This document shows, one piece after another, positions 20,929 to 30,569 of a stretch of 64,000 nt of DNA. The position numbers and the translations under genes are program-made. Position 1 is the stretch's first letter, and each line of letters begins with the position of its first letter. The notes below the pieces were generated by a model. It searched no databases and was not told the origin of the DNA. It saw only the letters and a program-made list of their open reading frames with translations. Source of the DNA: Planctomycetota bacterium (GTDB lineage: Bacteria > Planctomycetota > PLA2 > JAEUHO01); NCBI GenBank assembly GCA_965222115.1, contig CBDCTJ010000001.1:160001-224000 (forward strand). The letters are read 5' to 3'.

Positions 20929-21810
20929 TCAGGCGGGAGATTGGTGCTCTCGCGCCAAGCGTGTCAAATACGCGCCATAAGGCGAATCTCCGAGTTCTGA
21001 CGCTAGGGCGCGCAGTTGTGCGCGATCGATGAGTCTCTGATCGAACGCAGTCTCTTCGAGACACCCCACCGCTAGTCCCTGTCTCCGCTCAATGACTTGT
21101 ATGAAATTGCCCGCCTGGAGCAACGCATCGTGAGTACCTGTGTCTAGCCAAGCAACACCGCGCCCAAGCCGACTGACATGCAGCGCGCCTCGTTCCAAGT
21201 AGACCTGATTGACATCGGTAATCTCAAGCTCTCCACGCGCGGATGGCGTGAGTTGGCGCGCAATCTCGACTACTTCTGAGTCGTAGAAATAGAGCCCGGT
21301 GATGGCCCAGGGAGATGTTGGACAATTGGGCTTCTCCTCAATCTTAGCGGCATGACCGGATTCGTCAAAGTCGACCACTCCGTAGCGCTCTGGATCATGG
21401 ACTCGGGAAGCGAATACTCGAGCGCCCTCATTGTGCTTGCCAGCCTGAGACAGTTGTGCACGCAGGCCTCCGCCATAGAACAAGTTGTCGCCAAGAACGA
21501 GGGCCACGCCCTGCCCCGCAAGAAACGACTCGCCCAATAGAAACGCTTGGGCGATTCCCTCGGGCCTGGGCTGCACTTTGTACTCAAATCGTATGCCTAA
21601 GCGCGACCCGTCCCCAAGCAGTCGCTCGAGTAGTGGTGTGTCGTGCGGTGTGCTGATGACAAGAATGTCTCGAATTCCGGCCATCATCAGGCAGTTGATT
21701 GGGTAGTAGATAAGTGGCTTGTTGTAGACCGGCAGCAACTGCTTACAGACCCCGTGTGTGACTGGCGCCAAACGAGTGCCTGCGCCTCCAGCAAGTACAA
21801 TACCTTTCAT
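20929..21810 (-). CDS. rfbA: Glucose-1-phosphate thymidylyltransferase
   Basis: 'MKGIVLAGGAGTRL', 'KQLLPVYNKPLIYYP', 'PSARGELEITD', 'WLDTGT'. Confidence 0.96.
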   Translation of the reverse strand: MKGIVLAGGAGTRLAPVTHGVCKQLLPVYNKPLIYYPINCLMMAGIRDILVISTPHDTPLLERLLGDGSRLGIRFEYKVQPRPEGIAQAFLLGESFLAGQGVALVLGDNLFYGGGLRAQLSQAGKHNEGARVFASRVHDPERYGVVDFDESGHAAKIEEKPNCPTSPWAITGLYFYDSEVVEIARQLTPSARGELEITDVNQVYLERGALHVSRLGRGVAWLDTGTHDALLQAGNFIQVIERRQGLAVGCLEETAFDQRLIDRAQLRALASELGDSPYGAYLTRLAREHQSPA

Positions 21811-21903
21811 TGACCCAAATGACTCCTGTCCTCAGTGCTGACCGGCGGAATGGTACCTGGGCAGCGTTGCGCGACAAACGACGGACGGGGAGAAGTAGAA
21901 ACC

Positions 21904-22935
21904 ATGAAGAACGACGTGGCGAATCTCAACTCTATTCTGGTTACCGGGTCTGCGGGCTTTATCGGCAACGCGGTAGTACGGAGGCTCTTAGCTCAGACGC
22001 CTGATTCGCGTGTGGTCTCATTGGATGCACTAACCTACGCCGGACACGAAGCAAATCTAACGGACCTTCCTCACGCCGAGCGTCACACCCTTGTTCGGGG
22101 CGACATTTCAGATGACAGCCACGTACGTGGCGTCTTCCAGAAGTACAGGCCGAGCGCCATCATCAACGTTGCCGCCGAAACACACGTGGATCAAAGTAAT
22201 GTGGACGCGCGGCCCTTCGCGCGCACCAATGTATTGGGCACCCAAGTGCTTCTTGAGCACGCACGGAGCGCCGGCATACCACTGGTTCACGTTTCGACTG
22301 ACGAGGTTTACGGAAGCCTGCCTGCTCCCGAGAAGGCCGTCCCAAGTACACCGCTCAACCCAACCAACCCTTACGCCGCTAGCAAAGCAGCGGGCGATTT
22401 GATGGCACTGTCGGCGTTCAAGACGCATGGTCAAGACGTTCGCATCACACGCTGCACGAATAACTTCGGACCCCGCCAAACGCCGGAGAAGTTGATTCCA
22501 CTCATGACGCTGCGGGCAATGGCGGGCGAAACGCTGCCCGTGTACGGCGATGGTCTTCAGGTACGTGACTGGATCCACGTTGACGATCACGCGGCGGGAA
22601 TCATCGCAGCGCTATTCGCGGGTCGAGCCGGACAGGTCTACCACTTCACGGCCGATGAGCCCCGCAACAACCTCGACGTTGTAGGCGCGATCATCAAACA
22701 TACGGGCGCAAAGCAGTCTCAAATTGTTCACGTTGAAGACCGCCCCGCTCATGACCGACGGTACGCAATTGAAGACGATGCCACGCGCTCAGAACTCGAC
22801 TGGTCACCGCACATCGGATTCGACCAGGGGTTGGCTGAAACAGTAGCTTGGTACAAAACGAACACTGAATGGTGTCAACTAGTTGGGTGCGATGACCCTC
22901 CAAAATTGTTGAAGCGTAACTGTGCCTCTGGCTAG
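21904..22935 (+). CDS. rfbB: dTDP-glucose 4,6-dehydratase
   Basis: 'LVTGSAGFIG', 'DALTYAG', 'AAETHVD', 'HVSTDEVYG', 'PYAASKA', 'RDWIHVDDH'. Confidence 0.93.
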   Translation: MKNDVANLNSILVTGSAGFIGNAVVRRLLAQTPDSRVVSLDALTYAGHEANLTDLPHAERHTLVRGDISDDSHVRGVFQKYRPSAIINVAAETHVDQSNVDARPFARTNVLGTQVLLEHARSAGIPLVHVSTDEVYGSLPAPEKAVPSTPLNPTNPYAASKAAGDLMALSAFKTHGQDVRITRCTNNFGPRQTPEKLIPLMTLRAMAGETLPVYGDGLQVRDWIHVDDHAAGIIAALFAGRAGQVYHFTADEPRNNLDVVGAIIKHTGAKQSQIVHVEDRPAHDRRYAIEDDATRSELDWSPHIGFDQGLAETVAWYKTNTEWCQLVGCDDPPKLLKRNCASG

Positions 22936-23083
22936 CGTGCGTAGCGTATGGTCGCCTCCAAAGCGAAGAGGGGATTCACCGCCAACTTTGTCAACCCCAG
23001 ACTGCGTAAACATGACGAAACTCGGTATTCATCAATGTAGGCAGATCTACATACAACCATGCGTTAACGTCAAAAGTCCTCCT

Positions 23084-23869
23084 TCAAACCGGACTTCTTC
23101 TGCGCGCCCAAAGTATGACTGATCCGAGGCAAACGTAGTACCCCCATGTCGCGAGAACCGGTAGCTCGTTGCTCAAGATGAAAATCAGCGCAACAGCAGG
23201 AGTCACAACAACGTAATTGCCGAGCATAAAGCTCGGGCGCTTCCGTTCAGGGATAAACAGCCTGCCCTTGCCATCTTGGTAGGTCAGAAGGCGGGGAAAC
23301 GAAAATAGGAGCGCACCTACTGCGAGGACCGTTGGCTCACTCTGAGACGTGCCAGCTAGCAGTATTGGTACAGCGAATCTCATGACAGACAACTGAAAGA
23401 ACGAAGTCATCTTAAACTCTTCACGCGACAGCGCATTGTGCACAAGGATTGCAGCTGCGAGTAGTCCAAGTATGCCCCAGTAGCCGGGGGTCACAAGAGA
23501 GTCTAGACATATCGCAATGCCGACGACTGCCAAGAGCCGAATCAATGCAAACAGAAAATAGAAAGGTTTCTGATAGTCGATCTCTATGCGCCGCCTCGGC
23601 GTAGAGTCGTGGCGTAGGCCCCAAGTATCGTTGATTATATATCCAATTTCATAGACCGAAATGAACGCGGCATAGCCAGCGAAGTAGCGCCAAACCACCT
23701 CGTTCCAGCCCATGGAATCGTTTCCGGCGGTCAGAATGAGGCCAGGGATCCAAAGCGTGGCAGCATTGAAACCAAATCCCCGTGCTCCTCGCATCCGAGA
23801 GAAGAATGCATACAGGAAAGGAACTAGCAGGAGGTAGTGATTGTCTCTAGTAATGAATGACTTTGGCAT
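23084..23869 (-). CDS. Hypothetical integral membrane protein (UbiA-like 'YEIGYIIND' segment)
   Basis: 261 aa, several TM segments; overlaps the end of the HAD gene. Confidence 0.55.
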   Translation of the reverse strand: MPKSFITRDNHYLLLVPFLYAFFSRMRGARGFGFNAATLWIPGLILTAGNDSMGWNEVVWRYFAGYAAFISVYEIGYIINDTWGLRHDSTPRRRIEIDYQKPFYFLFALIRLLAVVGIAICLDSLVTPGYWGILGLLAAAILVHNALSREEFKMTSFFQLSVMRFAVPILLAGTSQSEPTVLAVGALLFSFPRLLTYQDGKGRLFIPERKRPSFMLGNYVVVTPAVALIFILSNELPVLATWGYYVCLGSVILWARRRSPV

Positions 23870-24500
23870 CCCAGCACCTCATCCACGGCTTCATTGCGCC
23901 CTTGACCACTAGCCAAGTTTCATCGGCAGCGCCTGCGAGATCACTATCACTGCGGTTATCAGTAATTACAGCAAGTGAGCGTCTTTCAGCAGTGACCGCA
24001 TGCAGGGCTGAGAGCTTTGATCCAGTTAGGTCTCGGGCGAGCCGGCCAGCGCAACGTTCGCCTTCAAATTCAAGAGTCGACGCAATCGCATCGATACCCA
24101 GTAGCTCGCCAACTGCATGTACAACAACATCGAGACTATTGGAAACCAGCATTGGGGACCATCCGCATGCCGTCGCTCGGGCCAGCCATGTACGTACGGG
24201 TTCGATTCGCCGTACCTCCTCAAGGTGTCGGGCGTAGTCTCGAGATGCCGAAACAAGCATCTGACGAGTTGTTCCGCGAAGACAGAGTATGTAGTTTTCA
24301 CGGAAGAGGTCGCGACGCAAGAGTCTACCAAGTGCAATCACACCATTTCTAGCGACGCTCCTCCTAAGTAGTTCGAGGACTCTGAAGCGCGCTCCAAGTG
24401 ATACACGTTTGCTGAGAAAGCGAACGAACCCTGCCGTGGTGTTCTCGTCGTAGAGCGTCCCACAAACATCGACGGCCAATATCTTCGTGGGCATGATCAT
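23847..24500 (-). CDS. HAD-superfamily hydrolase-like protein
   Basis: Motif I variant 'VDVCGTL', motif II 'LVSNS', 'GSK', 'TDNRSD'. Confidence 0.7.
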   Translation of the reverse strand: MIMPTKILAVDVCGTLYDENTTAGFVRFLSKRVSLGARFRVLELLRRSVARNGVIALGRLLRRDLFRENYILCLRGTTRQMLVSASRDYARHLEEVRRIEPVRTWLARATACGWSPMLVSNSLDVVVHAVGELLGIDAIASTLEFEGERCAGRLARDLTGSKLSALHAVTAERRSLAVITDNRSDSDLAGAADETWLVVKGAMKPWMRCWDAKVIHY

Positions 24501-25753
24501 AGCGCCTCATTGAAGCTGCGGTAGATGCCGTCGTAAGCCCTAATTGCGCGAGTCAGCGAAAATCTATCTCGGCTTGACGACTTGATTTCATCTCGCGAGG
24601 TCGCGATGCTGCCGACAAGAGCGGCACAACGCAAGATCTCAGAAGAACTATCGTCCCGCAAAACGGCGCCGTTCATGCCCTCGCTGAGAATCTGATTGAT
24701 GTCCCCAATACCGGTGTTTGACACGACCGGTAGACCACACGCCAAATATTCGCCTAACTTGGTAGCCGATACACCAAGACTAGAGCCCGTACGGATAACA
24801 AAAGATAATCCGACATCGGAGGCACTTAGCAGTTGGGGAACATCCGCATGGGGCACTCGGACGCAAGTCACCTCAGACGGGTGGAGCTGAATGCCGAATC
24901 TGGCAGCGCGCGTAGCGTGGGAGGCCGCATCGTGGTTGCCGACAAACAAGAGCCGCCCCTTCCCGGCGCCACTGCGCACCGCGTCAAAGAACCGATACAC
25001 CAGATCTATTCGATAGACCTCACTCGCTGAACCGAGCCAGGTCACGACCGGTTCATCTTCGCTTACGTTCAACTCCGCTCGCCTCCTAGCACGTGCTTCT
25101 GGATCAAACGTAAAATGCGCCTGATCGACGCAACACGGGATTACTGAGACTGGGGCACCGCGATAGGCAGCGTGCGATTCTACGACTTCCTTAGCATCTT
25201 CAGTGAGTACAACGATTGCTGCAGATTGCTCGAGCCCCATACTTTCCAGTTTTCGGAAGTACCGGATAATCGCTCGCGTAAGGGGTCTAGCTGGATTCCA
25301 AATTCCGCTTTCGACTCGTTGATCTATCCAAAATCCGCGCATGTCAAACAGGAGAGGCAAAGACTCCCTCTTCGACACCCGTAGCGCCGATGAGAGTGGC
25401 ATGTAGCTCCGACAATGAATGAGATCTGGTCGCTCTTGCGCCACTAGCCTGGCCAGCCGGCGGCGCAATCGGCAAGGAACTAGAAATCGGTCAATTGCGC
25501 CCCAAACCCCATTACGACGAGTGATGGCTGCGAGTTCAATACCTTGGGATTCAATGTCCGAGATTGCACTCGTCGAAGCCAATGCGCGATGCGATTCAAC
25601 AGTGAGGGCACGGACTTGATGTCCAAGATTGGCGAGCCCATCGAGATAAGGCAATACCTGCGAACGCCCGATGCCATCCAAGATTCCATTGTTGCTTACA
25701 AATATCGACCGAGCAGGACGGCGAACATAGCCACGAAAGGAGTCTCTAGACAT
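24497..25753 (-). CDS. Glycosyltransferase family 4
   Basis: 'SQVLPYL', 'IHCRSY', 'FDMRGFW', 'IPCCVD', 'SATKLGEYLACGLPVV'. Confidence 0.88.
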   Translation of the reverse strand: MSRDSFRGYVRRPARSIFVSNNGILDGIGRSQVLPYLDGLANLGHQVRALTVESHRALASTSAISDIESQGIELAAITRRNGVWGAIDRFLVPCRLRRRLARLVAQERPDLIHCRSYMPLSSALRVSKRESLPLLFDMRGFWIDQRVESGIWNPARPLTRAIIRYFRKLESMGLEQSAAIVVLTEDAKEVVESHAAYRGAPVSVIPCCVDQAHFTFDPEARARRRAELNVSEDEPVVTWLGSASEVYRIDLVYRFFDAVRSGAGKGRLLFVGNHDAASHATRAARFGIQLHPSEVTCVRVPHADVPQLLSASDVGLSFVIRTGSSLGVSATKLGEYLACGLPVVSNTGIGDINQILSEGMNGAVLRDDSSSEILRCAALVGSIATSRDEIKSSSRDRFSLTRAIRAYDGIYRSFNEAL

Positions 25754-26731
25754 CCGAGCCCCTCTCGCAGTTAGCTCGCCAGCGATCTAGTTCACCTGGA
25801 CTGAGAAAAGAGCGGACTATCCAGTGCTGCGCCATCCTAAAGGCACTCTTTTGTACTCTGCATCCGCTGAAACTTGCTGTTGGCATTAATTGGCATCCGA
25901 TCGGTGTGAACGGCAGGACTGGTTTGCAAATCCACAGTTTCGCGCTCGTCAGTGTCAGATGCGACGCGCATTCCTTACTTGTCCTCATGTCTCCTGTTCT
26001 AGTTGCAGGACACCCGACAAATCTACTTCAGCCAGTGACGTGCCACCTATATATAACTCCGCCTTGAACGACGAGTACAGAACCTGGCCATTCGCGCATC
26101 TCTATGCTCCCAATCGGTCAGACAACGATCACGCCAAGTTTGCCCGGGCGAGCCCAATGTGTTCTCGTCTCGGTAACCGATTGGGCGATCTTACATTTGA
26201 CTTCCAGAGTCTAATAAGATGGCGGGCCCGAGATTTCCGCTTAGAGCGATCAGCCCTGAGGTCGCGCGGCCATTGCCACAAATGCGCGCCAGCGCCACAA
26301 CTGACTGTCGAACCGCTGTTCCCTGTAGAGAGACTCTGAACGGATGGGAATTGGACGGACGTATTTTGGCCGAACAACCGCGGAGTATGGACGGTGTGTT
26401 CTACGCTCTAGAGTACCGGAATCTAGCCGAACACATCGATCCCCCTGGAGTCGAGCAGCAAGTACTTGAAGTACTAAAAGTACTAACCCATACATCCCTT
26501 GTCGCGAGTCACTGTGCTGACGGGGTGTCCTGAGGTCCGGCTGAACACTTAGAGCCGCTCTCATTCTCGAATCCGTTGTTGCGGTTCTCGCTCGGGAGCG
26601 AGTAGTGGACTAGGATTTGACTGACGAGCAAATTACAGGGATCTACAATCTCGCTGTGAACTGCCAAGATGGCACTAGGGCGTAATGGTCCATTTTGCAC
26701 AACTTCGAGCCGTTAGGACAAAGGGATAAAG

Positions 26732-27970
26732 ATGTTTATCGACGCGCTAGTCGCCACTGCAATCTGCGCGTTAGGGACCGCGATATGGCTAGCACTTTCG
26801 AGTCGTTGGCGCAATAAGATTGGCACAGGTGCGACGGCAGTGTTCGTGATCGCACTAATTCTTCGCCTAGCACTGGCAGTAATTTACTCGGCAGGCGCTG
26901 AATACGAGATGGGGCTGACGAAGGACGGATTCGGCTATGATCGAGACGGATGGAGCATAGCCAAGTCATGGCAGGGCTTGGCACCACCTGTCGATCGACC
27001 GCTTCGTGATCACGCCTACTACAATGTGGTCGCCGCTGTTTACTACGTATTCGGGCACATTCCGCTTGCCGCAAAAGCGATTAACTGCTTGGCGGGAGCC
27101 CTCGTTGCCATCACTGTTCTGTCGATTGCGTACAGCGTATATGGAAATCGACGGCTCGCGCTGGTCGCAGGAGCCATTACGGCATGTATGCCCTCCTTCG
27201 TTCATTGGTCATCACTGTTGATCAAGGACGCATTAGCCACACTAGCGGTACTTGCGATCGTACATGGGACCATGCGCATTCGGCACTACGGCTTAAACGT
27301 GCCGGGGATTCTGCAGGTGGGTGTAGGACTCCTCACTGTCGTCGGCCTTCGGGCATATCTTGTACCGATACTTTCGATTTGCGTTGTCATCGCACTGATG
27401 ACATTCCCCCTTCGTTCTCGCAAGAGCGTCCACTTCGCGAACGGTGCGCTAGCAGCGACAGCCGTTCTTCTGCTTGCCTTCACTGTGGGTGGGGGGTGGT
27501 TCGGCATGGAGATCTTGGAAGAAGAAGAGCTAACGAATATAGAACGAATCGCTCACTTACGAAACAAGTTGGGTCGAGGGCAGGGTGGCTTTGGCAGCGG
27601 GGATAATTTCTCAACCATACCTGAGCAGATCGCTTCTGTAGGGCGCGGAATCGGATACTTCTTCGTCGGAATTAATGTGCTGAATCCAACGAGCGGCCGA
27701 CAACTTGCAGCGTTACCAGAGGCCATCGCGGCGCTCGCGCTCCTACCGTTTGTATTGGTTGGGATTTGGCGCACCCTCCGTTACCGAATGCGCCAGGCGA
27801 TTCCGGCCCTAGGTGTTGGCATTGCAGTAATGCTGGCCTACAGCACTGTAACAACGAACGCAGGACCTCTTTATCGGTGGCGGATGCAGGTGCTTCCCAT
27901 TTTTATCATGTTTGGAGTTGCGGGAGTGATGCGTTCGTGGATCAAAAGTAGCGAGGAGAACACTTCATGA
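26732..27970 (+). CDS. Multi-pass membrane protein, putative Wzy-like polymerase / GT-C
   Basis: ~11 TM segments, 'DGFGYD', 'LLIKDAL', C-terminal 'NAGPLYRWRMQVLP'. Confidence 0.6.
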   Translation: MFIDALVATAICALGTAIWLALSSRWRNKIGTGATAVFVIALILRLALAVIYSAGAEYEMGLTKDGFGYDRDGWSIAKSWQGLAPPVDRPLRDHAYYNVVAAVYYVFGHIPLAAKAINCLAGALVAITVLSIAYSVYGNRRLALVAGAITACMPSFVHWSSLLIKDALATLAVLAIVHGTMRIRHYGLNVPGILQVGVGLLTVVGLRAYLVPILSICVVIALMTFPLRSRKSVHFANGALAATAVLLLAFTVGGGWFGMEILEEEELTNIERIAHLRNKLGRGQGGFGSGDNFSTIPEQIASVGRGIGYFFVGINVLNPTSGRQLAALPEAIAALALLPFVLVGIWRTLRYRMRQAIPALGVGIAVMLAYSTVTTNAGPLYRWRMQVLPIFIMFGVAGVMRSWIKSSEENTS

Positions 27971-28254
27971 CGTATGCCTGCACGCGTCGGCAAGGCCTGC
28001 CCAAGCTCAAGAAAGATCAGCGTGGCGAGAGTACTTCGCGTCGGGCGAACTCGCGGCTCTTCGAATTTGATCGGAGTGAACTCGTGGTAGTGTCTGGGGC
28101 GAATTTCGAAGGCCCACTCACGGATTTCGCAAGGCAAGTCTTCGAGATTTCAGCGACGGTCGCGCGGGCCACAATCGAGCTAACGCCCGCGACATTGAGG
28201 TATGGAGTGGTCAACTGTGGGACTAGAGTCTGGAGCGATGGGAATCACAGATGA
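27967..28254 (+). CDS. Small hypothetical protein (doubtful)
   Basis: ATGA overlaps with both neighbours; no recognisable motif. Confidence 0.3.
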   Translation: MTYACTRRQGLPKLKKDQRGESTSRRANSRLFEFDRSELVVVSGANFEGPLTDFARQVFEISATVARATIELTPATLRYGVVNCGTRVWSDGNHR

Positions 28255-29006
28255 GTGAGAGTTTCGACGACACGCACTCTGCAAATCTCTCAACTCTCAC
28301 TGTGCAAGACAAGTTTGAGATACGTGTCAAAGACACTCTGTTTGGGGCCCCAGTACCTAGGTGGGTCTATCGCACTCTATGGCGAGGAGGGGATCCAGTT
28401 GTCGCCCAGTTTCACGAGCACCATGCCATTTTCGTTCATATACCGAAGACTGCCGGGAGCAGCGTGGCAAATGCCCTCTTTGGGAGTCAGGTGGGCCATC
28501 GCCCAATCCGTCGCCACCTTGCTTACCACCCAGTCCTAGTTAGGTCCTACTTCAAATTTGCATTCGTCAGGAACCCATGGGACCGACTACACTCTGCATA
28601 CAAATACTTCGCAAACTCGGTTGGATCTAGAGCGCATCGCGATCATCGCTGGGCAAATGAGCATATCGCTCCTTTCGGCTCGTTTCTAGAATTCGTATCT
28701 GCGCTGGACAGACCCTCGTTCGCCAAACGAGTCAGACGCTACTCTCACTTTCGAGATCAGTTGGACTGGGTCGTCGATCCACGCACGGGTGAAGTCGCCC
28801 TGGATTTCATAGGTAGATTCGAGTCACTTGCCGAGGATTTCGCGGAAATTTGCCGTCGACTTGAGGTAGACGTAGCGCTCCCGCACCGGAGGCCGAGTGG
28901 AGGCGGCGACTATCGATCCGAGTACGACGCACATTCAATAGAGATCATCCGCAAGGTCTATGTACGAGACATCGACGCCTTTGGCTACGACTTCGCGGAT
29001 TACTAG
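28251..29006 (+). CDS. Sulfotransferase family 2 (carbohydrate sulfotransferase-like)
   Basis: 'FVHIPKTAGSSV', 'KFAFVRNPWDRLHSAY', 'DFIGRFESL', 'DIDAFGYDF'. Confidence 0.88.
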   Translation: MSESFDDTHSANLSTLTVQDKFEIRVKDTLFGAPVPRWVYRTLWRGGDPVVAQFHEHHAIFVHIPKTAGSSVANALFGSQVGHRPIRRHLAYHPVLVRSYFKFAFVRNPWDRLHSAYKYFANSVGSRAHRDHRWANEHIAPFGSFLEFVSALDRPSFAKRVRRYSHFRDQLDWVVDPRTGEVALDFIGRFESLAEDFAEICRRLEVDVALPHRRPSGGGDYRSEYDAHSIEIIRKVYVRDIDAFGYDFADY

Positions 29007-29301
29007 TCGCCATAGCGTCACCCGTCCCCCATCCTCTGACGATTGGGCGTACCTACGAAGCTTGATTGGGGACTCGAAATTAATCGAAATCTTCTGCTCC
29101 GCGCCGGTTGAAGTGTGTGAACAACGTGACGACGAGAGATTGTATACGCACGAGCCGGCGAGATTACTAATTTTTGAGGAATAAGTGCGCCCTACTAACC
29201 GCCGACATCGCCGGATGTCAACATACCCACTCATGAAATCAGCAATAGTGAAGCAGCCGAGAAGAGTATGTACGATGCTTGCGCGGCGAGGATTCACTTG
29301 A
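29007..29301 (+). pseudogene. Decayed 3' fragment of a CysNC-type APS kinase domain
   Basis: Translates as 'AIASPVPPSSDDWAYLRSLIGDSKLIEIFCSAPVEVCEQRDDERLY / RAGEITNF*GISAPY*PPTSPDVNIPTHEIS / MLARRGFT*', matching the CysNC C-terminus with frameshifts and stops. Confidence 0.85.
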
Positions 29302-29348
29302 CTTTTTCACAGAAACAGCAGACCAATCAGAATTATGGAACGCACGTT

Positions 29349-30569
29349 TCAATCCTCGGCGCTGCCCCCTCGTCGAAAAAGTAGTCGCCAAGCGTAGTAT
29401 CGCCATTGTGTCAGTGCGGGAGCTCGATCATCACGAGCGAAGATGGCGCCCACAGTTTTGCGAGCTCGTCTCCTCCGCCTGTCACGCCAGTCACCGAGCA
29501 GCCGCAACTGAGAGTGTCCCATCCGAAATCTAGCAAATTGACGCTGCCACCACGCTGCTAGTGAACGAACGAAGAAGCGCCAGCGAACACCGTCTTCCTG
29601 ATGCTCTTCGTACTTTTGGCTATTCGATAGTAACGAAGCCAACGTACAAAACTGACTATATATGGGGTCAACGCCAGAGGCGCTCGCAAGTCCAAACCAC
29701 AGGCATGGGCGCGGGTTGACTTCAATGAGTTTCCATCTGCCGGTCCTACTATCGCGCTTCCACTCGGTACCGCAGACGCCCTCATACCCGATCGCTTCCA
29801 GGAATCGAGCACTCTCCGCAACGACTTCGTCTACGCGCTCACTAATCACAACCGCAGCAGACCCGAATCCGACTGGATGCTGATGAATCTTGCGGGCAGA
29901 AAACGAGGAGCAGACGCCCTCCTTGCGTTCCCTGTGAATCGCGCAAACCACGATTTCGGACTCAGGCCCGGGGACGACTTCTTGAAACAAGAAATCGTCG
30001 ATCTCTCCAACCTCACGCATCAACCGATGCAATTCACTCTCTCCATTCACCCCGATGACCTTCTTCCCATCGAGCCTCGATGCCCATCTGTGTATCGACT
30101 TCGGCTTCGCTACCAACGGAAATTCTATAGATCGCCCGGAATCCAACTCGCGACGAAGCTGTGTCGAGGTCCAGGTCTTCGGCCTAGGAACTCCGTGTCT
30201 ATCGCAGAGCGCTTTCAGACTTTCCTTATTCATCAGCGAAAGCGCATTGCCATCCGAATAACAGGTTGCGAGCTCAAAGACTTCAACAAGCGCTTTGTGA
30301 TGGCGAGCCACAAACTCAACATAGAAGTCGCTTGTCGGAATTACAACGGGTCGACTCTCGTAACCCAGAAACCGAGAGACCAGATAGCTGCACAGTGCCG
30401 CGTCGTGCAACCCTCTCGTATCTAAGACGCGGCAGTACTTGCTTGCTCCTCCCACGGTAAAGCGACGTTCGTCCACACCAAATAGGATGGCACCATGCCT
30501 TCCAAGCTCACGTACGACTGCAAGTCCAGTGGGTGACAGCCCCAGGACAACTCCGACTGAGCTCATCAT
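29349..30569 (-). CDS. ATP-grasp carboxylate-amine ligase (D-aspartate ligase-like)
   Basis: 'GLAVVRELGR', 'IPTSD', 'FPLVAKP', 'QEVVPG', 'EWKRD', 'LIEVNPR'. Confidence 0.8.
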   Translation of the reverse strand: MMSSVGVVLGLSPTGLAVVRELGRHGAILFGVDERRFTVGGASKYCRVLDTRGLHDAALCSYLVSRFLGYESRPVVIPTSDFYVEFVARHHKALVEVFELATCYSDGNALSLMNKESLKALCDRHGVPRPKTWTSTQLRRELDSGRSIEFPLVAKPKSIHRWASRLDGKKVIGVNGESELHRLMREVGEIDDFLFQEVVPGPESEIVVCAIHRERKEGVCSSFSARKIHQHPVGFGSAAVVISERVDEVVAESARFLEAIGYEGVCGTEWKRDSRTGRWKLIEVNPRPCLWFGLASASGVDPIYSQFCTLASLLSNSQKYEEHQEDGVRWRFFVRSLAAWWQRQFARFRMGHSQLRLLGDWRDRRRRRARKTVGAIFARDDRAPALTQWRYYAWRLLFRRGGSAED

